Part shown: positions 17,566 to 24,900 of the stretch, one piece after another
How the letters are laid out: the number at the start of each line of letters is the position of its first letter
Position numbering within the stretch: position 1 is the stretch's first letter
Source of the DNA: Lentimicrobium sp.
Lineage (GTDB): Bacteria; Bacteroidota; Bacteroidia; Bacteroidales; Lentimicrobiaceae
Assembly (NCBI GenBank): GCA_034005265.1
Contig: JAVEVB010000034.1
Span: 1 to 32,000 of the forward strand
Length of the DNA: 32,000 nt
Direction: 5' to 3'
Notes under the pieces: model-generated
The model's input: only the letters and a program-made list of their open reading frames with translations
Databases searched by the model: none
What the model was told of the DNA's origin: nothing
Made by a program: the position numbers and the translations under genes

Positions 17566-17713
17566 CCAAAGACCAAAAGCCCAACAAATGTTAGTTTATA
17601 ATCTAATCTCAGTGCTTATAACACCAAAGACCAAAGACCCAACCACAACAAATGTTAGTTCTAACTTCCCATCATAAAACAACAACACCCAAAGACTAAA
17701 GACCAAAGACTAA
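17566..17713 (+). repeat. AAAGACC blocks (17566-17580, 17624-17640, 17688-17713) enclosing copy 2 of the 53-bp direct repeat (17641-17693)
   Basis: This comes from direct reading. A partial third copy of the direct-repeat core (caacaaatgttagtt) lies at about 17582-17596. Confidence 0.9.
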
Positions 17714-17776
17714 TTTGTGCAGAAATAGGCGGTCAAAGAAATTAGCGTAAATTCGCCGTTACAGCAAAAACAGAAA

Positions 17777-18808
17777 ATGCCCTTCATTACTTCACGTGAT
17801 CCTCTTTGGAAAAAATTACTGGCAAACACGCCCCACGATGTTTACCACCTTCCGGGATATGCCACCATTGAAGCAGGTTTGCTGAATGGAGAAGCCATTG
17901 CCTGGGTTCACCGCGAAGAGGGAAACACCTTCCTTATACCGCTGGTGAGCAGAACCATCAATGGCGGGCAGGAGTTCCGCGATCTGGTAAGCCCTTATGG
18001 TTATTCCGGCATGTTGACACTCAACAGCATACATGCCGATGAAGCCTCACATGCCTTATCGTTGTTCAACAAAGAAGCTGCCGCCAATGGCTATGTGAGC
18101 AGTTTCCTGCGACTGAACCCCCTGCTCAACTCATGGCAGTTGCCACAAACGGAAGCCTGGCGGCAGTGGTTTCACGGAGGCACGGTATCGGTAAATCTGA
18201 GTCAGCCGGTGGAGGAAATCCGGGACAGCTTTCACCAGAACCACCGCCGCAACCTGCAACGGCTGCATACCTCAGGATATACCGCATCCATCAACCAATG
18301 GGCTGAACTGCCCCATTTTATGAAGGCGTACCGCCAGACCATGCAGCGGCGACAAGCCCACCCCTATTATTTTTTCCCGGACAGTTATTTTCAGGCACTT
18401 CACCAGCTGCTTGGTGCGCGACTGGTATTCATCAGCGTAATGGATGCCGACGGTGAATTTGCTGCCGGCGGCTTGTTCACCCTGTTTGACAAAGTGATGC
18501 AGTACCATTTGGGAGCAACAACCAATAAACACCTGTACTTCAGCCCATCAAAGCTGATGATGGAAGCCGCCATAGAATATGGCATCGCCAACGGAGCCGA
18601 CCTGCTGCATCTGGGCGGAGGTTTGGGTGGCAGCACCACCGATGGCCTGTTCAGGTTTAAAAAAGGCTTCGCCGAAAAATACCATCCCTATACCAGCTTA
18701 CGGTTCATTCATTTGCCGGCGGTTTATGAAAAACTTAAACTCTCGCTCGGCAAAGGCTACAACCGAAACACCTATTTCCCTGAATACCGGATAATTGTGG
18801 AGGAGTGA
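17777..18808 (+). CDS. FemAB-like / GNAT (Acetyltransf_6-type) acyl- or aminoacyl-transferase
   Basis: The size, SPYGYSGML, YHLGAT and LLHLGGGLGGSTTDGLFRFKKGF resemble FemAB-related proteins found in EPS loci. This is motif-level recognition only. Confidence 0.6.
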   Translation: MPFITSRDPLWKKLLANTPHDVYHLPGYATIEAGLLNGEAIAWVHREEGNTFLIPLVSRTINGGQEFRDLVSPYGYSGMLTLNSIHADEASHALSLFNKEAAANGYVSSFLRLNPLLNSWQLPQTEAWRQWFHGGTVSVNLSQPVEEIRDSFHQNHRRNLQRLHTSGYTASINQWAELPHFMKAYRQTMQRRQAHPYYFFPDSYFQALHQLLGARLVFISVMDADGEFAAGGLFTLFDKVMQYHLGATTNKHLYFSPSKLMMEAAIEYGIANGADLLHLGGGLGGSTTDGLFRFKKGFAEKYHPYTSLRFIHLPAVYEKLKLSLGKGYNRNTYFPEYRIIVEE

Positions 18809-18884
18809 AGGTGAATGGAACACGGATTTCACGGATTGCACTATCGCTGGCGCGCACAAGCACATCCCGGGGAAAGCGGTTCCC

Positions 18885-19028
18885 TTCGCGTAAATTCGCG
18901 TAATTAGCGGTTAAAAAAGCCTTAGCACTTGAAAACAATTAGCGTAAATCAGCGTAATTAGCGGTTAAAAAAACCTTCGCGGAAATGAGTAGTTGAAAAT
19001 AATTCGCGTAATTCGCGGTTAAATAACA
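18885..19028 (+). repeat. About 2.5 copies of a 55-64-nt unit built on TT(A/C)GCGTAAAT..GCGTAATTAGCGGTTAAAAAA
   Basis: This comes from direct reading. A 12-nt exact core (attagcgtaaat) also occurs at 17741-17752, upstream of the FemAB-like gene. Confidence 0.8.
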
Positions 19029-19052
19029 TCCTCTTCAACATACACCTGCTGA

Positions 19053-19634
19053 ATGAAACAAAAAATTCAAAAATTCCTGAAACTAAGGGAAGACAAGCGT
19101 TACCGGCCAATATTCGACGTTGGCATCTTTGCCCTGTTGCTGTTTTTTGTCCACTACACCTACATTTGGTGGTCTTCGGCAGGCTTTCCGCCGGTAAAGT
19201 CATTGGTTGACCAGCTGTTTATCTCGGCTTCAGCCATCCTTTTTGATCAAAGCGTGTGGGTAGTGCAGCATCTTTTTGGCATGGACATCACCACCCAGGG
19301 GCAAAACATACTTTTCGTCACCAGCGAAGGCACAACGGGCTATGTAGGCGTAGAACCGGGCTGCACCAGCCTCAAGCAGTGGGTACACTGGATCGTACTG
19401 ATGCTGTTGTTCCCCGGGCCATGGAAACACAAACTCTGGTACATTCCTATGGGGGTAGTAGTCATCCACTTCGTCAACCTGATAAGAATAACCGGACTGG
19501 TAGTCACCACCACAGCCTGGCCTCAATCTTTTGAATTCTTCCACAATTACATCTTCAAAACCTTCTTTTATTTTATGATATTTTTAATGTGGGTGGTTTG
19601 GGTAGAGTATTTTGCAAGTAAGGAGCGGCTTTAG
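19053..19634 (+). CDS. Exosortase/archaeosortase-family protein (short, XrtF-like size)
   Basis: The 193-aa polytopic protein has VEPGC(104)TSL, NLIR(145)I, FFH(164)NYIF and a C-terminal FLMWVVWVEYF. The order and spacing match exosortase Cys/Arg/His motifs as I recall them. Confidence 0.7.
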   Translation: MKQKIQKFLKLREDKRYRPIFDVGIFALLLFFVHYTYIWWSSAGFPPVKSLVDQLFISASAILFDQSVWVVQHLFGMDITTQGQNILFVTSEGTTGYVGVEPGCTSLKQWVHWIVLMLLFPGPWKHKLWYIPMGVVVIHFVNLIRITGLVVTTTAWPQSFEFFHNYIFKTFFYFMIFLMWVVWVEYFASKERL

Positions 19635-19668
19635 CGACTTAAGCGACTTAAGCGAACGTAGCGATTCA
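19633..19668 (+). repeat. Four tandem 9-mers AGCGACTTA / AGCGACTTA / AGCGAACGT / AGCGATTCA
   Basis: Direct reading shows the array begins inside the stop codon of the exosortase-like gene. Confidence 0.7.
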
Positions 19669-19726
19669 ATACAAGACCATAAACGTCTATCTTTGTAACA
19701 GAGAGGATTGTATAAAGAACCAGGGC

Positions 19727-19776
19727 TTGAATCCTGAAAGTCCCGAGAGGAGGTACGACGATTCGGGACTGAATCC
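19727..19776 (+). repeat. Single copy of the 42-nt hairpin unit TGAATCCTGAAAGTCCCGAGAGGAGGYACGACGATTCGGGAY
   Basis: The stem is AGTCCCGA/TCGGGACT. The same unit is tandemly repeated at 21275-21400. Confidence 0.85.
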
Positions 19777-19794
19777 ATTAATTGCAGTGATTCG

Positions 19795-19834
19795 TCGCCA
19801 TTTATTGTAGTGTAAGTCCGCCATTTATTGTAGT
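19795..19834 (+). repeat. Two exact 16-bp direct repeats CGCCATTTATTGTAGT spaced 24 bp apart, 70-110 bp upstream of the ATPase start
   Basis: Direct reading places the copies at 19795-19810 and 19819-19834. Confidence 0.8.
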
Positions 19835-19903
19835 TAGTTTGCATCTTTTATCTGAAAACATTAATTTTGTACTGGCATTATCATCATTTACACAAAAACA
19901 AGA

Positions 19904-21160
19904 ATGAAAAGTGTTCATTATTATCCTAGGATTTGTGATAACGTATTGAGTAGAAAGCTGCAATTAACTGGCGCAACGCTGATAGTTGGTCCGAAATGGT
20001 GTGGAAAAACAGAAACTGCCCTGCAAGCATCCAGGAGTGTCATCTATATACAGTCTGATCCGCAATATAAAGAAACCGGAAAAATAATGCCTTCCTTGTT
20101 GTTAGAAGGTGAAACTCCCCGGTTAATAGACGAATGGCAAGAAGTTCCTGAATTGTGGAATGCTGTGCGACACAGTGTTGATCAAAGAAGAAAGCAGGGG
20201 CAGTTTATACTGACCGGTTCGGCTACGCCACATGATGAAGTGATGGCTCATTCCGGAATAGGTCGTATATCAAGAATACTGATGCGTCCAATGACACTTT
20301 TCGAGTCAAAAGAGAGCACCGGCACTGTTTCACTCAAAGCACTTTTTGATGGTAAACCAGAGATTGCAGCTGTAAGTTCGTTGGATATTCCCCAATTGGC
20401 ATACTCAATATGTCGTGGAGGATGGCCGGGAGCAGTAACATTACTGAATGGTGGAGAATCGCTTGCCCGTGAATATACCGATATGCTTGTTGAGGCAGAC
20501 ATTAGTCATCTGGATGGTATAGAACGGAACCCCTATCGCGTTCGGCAGGTTTTACGCTCTTTAGCACGCAATATATCCACCTTAACCACTGCCCGTACAA
20601 TTTTAGAGGATGTGAGAGCGAACGATTTAACAATCAATGAGCGAACACTCGAAAGCTATCTCAATGCAATGCGCCGTCTGTTTGTTGTGGAAGATGTACC
20701 TGCATGGTCACCCTCTCTCCGATCAAAAACAACGATTCGAAACTCTGATAAACGGCAGCTGGCAGATCCATCTATAGCAGCAGCTGTGATGAGGGTGGAT
20801 GTAAATGGTTTACTGCACGATTTGAATACTTTTGGTTTCTTGTTTGAATCGTTATGCACACGGGATGTGCGGGTGTATGCACAATCCAATGACGGGGAAA
20901 TATTTCATTACAGAGATAAAGATGAATTGGAAATTGACCTGATAATATCACTTAACGATGGCAGATGGGCAGGTATAGAGGTGAAACTTGGGGAGCACCA
21001 GGCCGATGAAGCAGCCGCTAATTTGATTCAATTAAAAAACAAAGTGGATACATCGCGTAACGGAGAACCAAGTTTTTTGATGGTTCTTACTGGTGGAAAA
21101 TTTGCCTACCAACGTACTGATGGAGTAATGGTAGTGCCATTGGCTTGTTTAAGAGACTAA
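19904..21160 (+). CDS. AAA+ ATPase with C-terminal DUF4143 (restriction-endonuclease-like) domain
   Basis: It has Walker A GPKWCGKT, FILTGSA, and a C-terminal half with the LLHDLNTFGFLFESLCTRDV...DKDELEIDLII pattern typical of ATP-binding/DUF4143 proteins. Confidence 0.85.
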   Translation: MKSVHYYPRICDNVLSRKLQLTGATLIVGPKWCGKTETALQASRSVIYIQSDPQYKETGKIMPSLLLEGETPRLIDEWQEVPELWNAVRHSVDQRRKQGQFILTGSATPHDEVMAHSGIGRISRILMRPMTLFESKESTGTVSLKALFDGKPEIAAVSSLDIPQLAYSICRGGWPGAVTLLNGGESLAREYTDMLVEADISHLDGIERNPYRVRQVLRSLARNISTLTTARTILEDVRANDLTINERTLESYLNAMRRLFVVEDVPAWSPSLRSKTTIRNSDKRQLADPSIAAAVMRVDVNGLLHDLNTFGFLFESLCTRDVRVYAQSNDGEIFHYRDKDELEIDLIISLNDGRWAGIEVKLGEHQADEAAANLIQLKNKVDTSRNGEPSFLMVLTGGKFAYQRTDGVMVVPLACLRD

Positions 21161-21243
21161 AGTCTATTGTCAATAATCAAGTGAAAAAGTCGATGGTCGC
21201 TTGTCTCGGGAGCGCGAAGCGATAAAGAGGTAGGCGTTTGACA

Positions 21244-21268
21244 TTAGAAATTAGAAATTAGAAATTGG
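21244..21268 (+). repeat. TTAGAAA heptamer x3
   Basis: This comes from direct reading. The same heptamer recurs at 27454-27469. Confidence 0.8.
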
Positions 21269-21274
21269 AATAGT

Positions 21275-21435
21275 TGAATCCTGAAAGTCCCGAGAGGAGG
21301 CACGACGATTCGGGATTGAATCCTGAAAGTCCCGAGAGGAGGCACGACGATTCGGGATTGAATCCTTAAATCCTTAAATCCCTATAGTCCCGAGAGCAAA
21401 GCGATTCGGGATTGAATCTTTGAATCTTTGAATCC
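21275..21435 (+). repeat. Array of the 42-nt hairpin unit: two exact-period copies (21275, 21317), a third start at 21359, a degenerate copy, and 8-mer tails
   Basis: Direct reading shows period 42. The degenerate copy is at about 21385-21418. The tails are CCTTAAAT x2 and GAATCTTT x2. The array ends 8 nt before the aminotransferase ATG. Confidence 0.9.
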
Positions 21436-21443
21436 TTAATACA

Positions 21444-22622
21444 ATGACAAATCCTAAAATCTGGCTCTCCTCCCCTCACATGGGCGGAACCGAACAAAAA
21501 TACATTACTGAAGCATTTACACACAACTGGGTAGCCCCATTGGGTCCCAATGTCAATGGCTTTGAGCAGGATTTGCAAACCTTCACCGGCTCACCACATG
21601 CAGCGGCCTTGAGTTCAGGCACGGCAGCACTTCACCTGGCATTGATACTGCTTGATGTAAAGCCGGGCGATTTCGTCATCTGTCAGAGCTTTACCTTTTC
21701 GGCATCGGCCAACCCCATTGCCTACCAGGGCGCCATTCCTGTATTTGTTGACAGCGAACCCGACACCTGGAACATGAGTCCTGCACACCTGGAAACCGCC
21801 ATCAAGGCCTGCATGAGCGGGGAAATGAGGTACAAAGGACAAAAAATGCCCGCGGCAAAGCCTAAAGCCATTGTACCGGTGCATCTTTACGGGATGCCGG
21901 CAAAAATGGAAGAAATCGTGAAAATGGCCAACACCTACGACATACCGGTGGTAGAAGATGCCGCGGAAGCCCTGGGCTCCGGCATCAATGGGCAGGAATG
22001 CGGCACTTTCGGGAAGTTTGGCGTGCTCAGTTTCAATGGCAACAAAATCATTACCACCAGTGGAGGCGGCGCTTTACTGTCGGAAGACGGAGAAGCCATT
22101 GCCAAATCGCGCTTTCTGGCCACCCAGGCCCGCGACCAGGCGCCCCATTACCAGCACAGCCACATTGGGTACAACTACCGCATGAGCAACATTGTGGCCG
22201 GTATTGGCCGAGGACAAATGGAAGTGCTGAAAGAGCGGATTGCTGCACGCCGGTCCAATTTTGAAAGATACGCCGCCTGGTTCGGCAAACTGAAAACCAA
22301 AGGATACAACATAAAACTGCAGCCGGAGCCGCAGGGTTACCTTGCCAACCGCTGGCTCACCGCCATCACCATCAATCCTGATGAAAACAAAGGCATCACC
22401 CGCGAAACCCTCAGGCTGGCCTTTGAAGCCGAAAACATAGAAACACGCCCCTTATGGAAACCCATGCACCTGCAACCTGTCTTTGAGGGTTGCCCCTACT
22501 TTGGTGATGGCACCTCCGAAAAACTGTTTGAAGATGGATTGTGCCTGCCATCGGGTTCCACCTTAACGGAAGCGGATTTTAAGCGGATTTTTGAGGTTTT
22601 GGCGCGGGTTTTCATGCAGTAA
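21444..22622 (+). CDS. DegT/DnrJ/EryC1-family PLP-dependent sugar aminotransferase, PglE/EpsN-like
   Basis: IWLSSPHMGGTEQKYITEAFTHNWVAPLGPNVNGFEQDL closely recalls the EpsN N-terminus. The FNGNKIITTSGGG segment would hold the PLP lysine. Confidence 0.9.
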   Translation: MTNPKIWLSSPHMGGTEQKYITEAFTHNWVAPLGPNVNGFEQDLQTFTGSPHAAALSSGTAALHLALILLDVKPGDFVICQSFTFSASANPIAYQGAIPVFVDSEPDTWNMSPAHLETAIKACMSGEMRYKGQKMPAAKPKAIVPVHLYGMPAKMEEIVKMANTYDIPVVEDAAEALGSGINGQECGTFGKFGVLSFNGNKIITTSGGGALLSEDGEAIAKSRFLATQARDQAPHYQHSHIGYNYRMSNIVAGIGRGQMEVLKERIAARRSNFERYAAWFGKLKTKGYNIKLQPEPQGYLANRWLTAITINPDENKGITRETLRLAFEAENIETRPLWKPMHLQPVFEGCPYFGDGTSEKLFEDGLCLPSGSTLTEADFKRIFEVLARVFMQ

Positions 22623-22766
22623 CGTCGTCAGGAAGAGTGATATAGGCAGCGAAATCAGCACCAACTGCACTTCCCTGTCAATGTACAGCACAGAAATTTT
22701 AATGTGACGGAATTATGCTTGATGGCATTGTAAAGGATTCCTTTTCTTTGCCCCGACAGCAATGCA

Positions 22767-24743
22767 TCAGCCTTTCGGGCTAACCACAAAATACATATCC
22801 ACCAACCCCTTGTTTTTAGCCTCAATTTTTCCACGATGGGTGCATTCAAACTGATGTTTTATCCGTTCACAGGTGGTTTGTGAAATGTTGATCCTGCCCG
22901 CCTCTCCGCTTGATTCCATGCGTGCGGCAATATTCACGGTGTCGCCCCAGATGTCGTACTGAAATTTCTTTGTACCCACAATTCCGGCAATCACCGGGCC
23001 TGAATGTATGCCGATACGCAGATCGAAAACCGGTCGTCCCTCAGCTTTGCGTTCTTTGCCCAGCTGATGCATAAATGCCTGAATCTCCAGGGCAGCCTTC
23101 ACCATATCCACCGCGTGGGTATCGGAGGCCACAGGCAGGCCGGCTGCACACATGTAAGCATCGCCAATGGTTTTGATTTTTTCAATGTTGTGATTGGTGA
23201 TGATGTTGTCGAACCTGCGGAAACAGAAGTCAATTTCGTCCACCAGCTGCTGTGGGGTTAATTTCTCGGCAAGTTGGGTAAACCCTTTGAAATCGGTAAA
23301 CATAACGGTGACCATGTCAAAATGCCGGGCTTCGGAACGGCCATGTGTTTTGAGCTCCTCCGCGGTTTCTGCAGGCAGTATATTCAGCAGCAATTCGTCC
23401 GACCGGTCTTTTTCCCGATTGATCAGCACATTCCTGGCCGAGAGCTCATTTCTTGTTTTTCTCACATAACGATAGCGGTGCAACAAGCCCAGCGCCAGCA
23501 ATAAAATGAGTATCCCAACGGATAAAATGGAATTTCGTATGATTTTCTGCCTTCTGACGGTGAGTTTCTGAATTTCTGAATCCTTGGTGAGCAGATCAAT
23601 CTCCTGCTGTGTTTTCATGTCCTGAAATTCACGCACTTTTCCCATGGCCTTGTTTCGCTCATCGGTGAGAATGGAATCCTTGAGTGCGGTGTATTTTTCA
23701 TTGAAAACGAAAGCGTTCTCATACTCGTTGAGGTCGGCATACACCCTGGCTATGCTTGAATAAATGTCGATAAGATAATATCTGGCACCTGATTTCTCGG
23801 CCAGTTCGGCGGATTGATGGAAATAGGAAAGGGCCTTCCGCTTCATCCCCATATCTTCGTAAATGGCGGCCATCCCCTTCAGGCTTGAAATCTGGCCCAG
23901 TACATCCTTGTTTTTCCGGGCAAGCTCATAGGAGCGGTTTTCATAATTCAGGGCTTTGGGATATTCATCCAGCTTCTGATAAATAAGGGCCATATTGTGC
24001 AGGGCAATCACATAATTATACGCATCCTTCACCGAATCCTGCAGTTTCATGGATTTGGTCACGTATTCCAGCGCCTTATCGTTTTCGTTCTGATCAGCAT
24101 ACAGCAGGCCTATGTTGCCATAATTAAAGGCAAGTTTTCTCAGATCACCGGTTTTTTCATTGATAACAGCCGCTTTTTGATAATACCGCAACGCCTCCTC
24201 CTGATAATCCATTTCAGCATATCGCGAGCCCAGGTTATTGTAAATACGGGCCATACGAGTGCTGTCGTTACGCTTCTCATAAATTGCCAGCGCCTTCAAT
24301 GCCATACTCACCGAAGCTGACATATTTCCCAAAACTGCATGAGTAATGCTATAGTTGTTGTAAATATCCCCTTTTAGCTCTTCATAATTATTATCGCTGG
24401 CAAGTTTCAGGGCGATGGCATATTTGGCCAGCGCTTCCTCATAATTCCCCGAAATATCATTGGCAATGCCCAAATCGAGCATGGCCTGGGCATGAATTGC
24501 CGGGTTGGCTGAGGTGGGCGCAATTTTAGCTACCTCCCCTGCAAGCAACAGGGCCTTTCCGGGATGCAGATACAACTCATCAGAGATCAATTTGCTCAGG
24601 CGGGCGTATGCCGGTTTGCTTTTCGGGTCGTTTTTGAGGACACCCAGCAGGCTGTCGGCCTCATGCTGAAATGCAGCAAATGACGATAACTGTAAAAGCA
24701 CTGTTATTAGCAGCAGAAAACCTGATACCCTGAATCTTTTCAT
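22767..24743 (-). CDS. Membrane-anchored TPR-repeat sensor fused to a class III adenylate/guanylate cyclase domain
   Basis: It has a signal peptide, multiple TPR-like repeats, one TM segment (ILSVGILILLLALGLL) and the cyclase motifs FTDFKGFT, KTIGDAYMCAAGLP and GDTVNIAARMES. I prefer the ATG at 24743 over the TTG at 24758. Confidence 0.9.
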   Translation of the reverse strand: MKRFRVSGFLLLITVLLQLSSFAAFQHEADSLLGVLKNDPKSKPAYARLSKLISDELYLHPGKALLLAGEVAKIAPTSANPAIHAQAMLDLGIANDISGNYEEALAKYAIALKLASDNNYEELKGDIYNNYSITHAVLGNMSASVSMALKALAIYEKRNDSTRMARIYNNLGSRYAEMDYQEEALRYYQKAAVINEKTGDLRKLAFNYGNIGLLYADQNENDKALEYVTKSMKLQDSVKDAYNYVIALHNMALIYQKLDEYPKALNYENRSYELARKNKDVLGQISSLKGMAAIYEDMGMKRKALSYFHQSAELAEKSGARYYLIDIYSSIARVYADLNEYENAFVFNEKYTALKDSILTDERNKAMGKVREFQDMKTQQEIDLLTKDSEIQKLTVRRQKIIRNSILSVGILILLLALGLLHRYRYVRKTRNELSARNVLINREKDRSDELLLNILPAETAEELKTHGRSEARHFDMVTVMFTDFKGFTQLAEKLTPQQLVDEIDFCFRRFDNIITNHNIEKIKTIGDAYMCAAGLPVASDTHAVDMVKAALEIQAFMHQLGKERKAEGRPVFDLRIGIHSGPVIAGIVGTKKFQYDIWGDTVNIAARMESSGEAGRINISQTTCERIKHQFECTHRGKIEAKNKGLVDMYFVVSPKG

Positions 24744-24777
24744 CGGATGATTAAACAAATTAGAGGGAATTGTTATA

Positions 24778-24785
24778 CAAATATA
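24778..24785 (-). promoter_or_regulatory. Candidate -7 element (TATATTTG on the minus strand) for the cyclase gene
   Basis: CAAATATA on the + strand, 35 nt upstream of the ATG at 24743. Confidence 0.3.
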
Positions 24786-24818
24786 AATTATTATTTATAA
24801 TTATTCTAAATAATTAAT

Positions 24819-24826
24819 TACATTTG
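24819..24826 (+). promoter_or_regulatory. Candidate -7 element (TACATTTG) for the DUF1684 gene
   Basis: It matches TAnnTTTG in an AT-rich divergent intergenic region, about 75 nt upstream of the ATG at 24901. Confidence 0.3.
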
Positions 24827-24900
24827 TTACATTGAGCAACTGATTCAGCCTTAAAGCTGACCGGTTCTCTCACTTAACCAATCACATAAAACCCGTAAAA

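Noticed and set aside
18735-19844. Minus-strand ORFs (67, 81 and 86 aa) spanning the intergenic repeats around the exosortase-like gene
   Set aside because: They are composed largely of repeat sequence, run antisense to the operon, and have no family resemblance.
1-21435. Integron cassettes, IS elements or transposons as the explanation for the repeat-flanked genes
   Set aside because: There is no integrase, transposase or recombinase ORF in the window. The flanks are low-complexity tandem arrays rather than terminal inverted repeats or attC-like imperfect palindromes. The mechanism is therefore left open.
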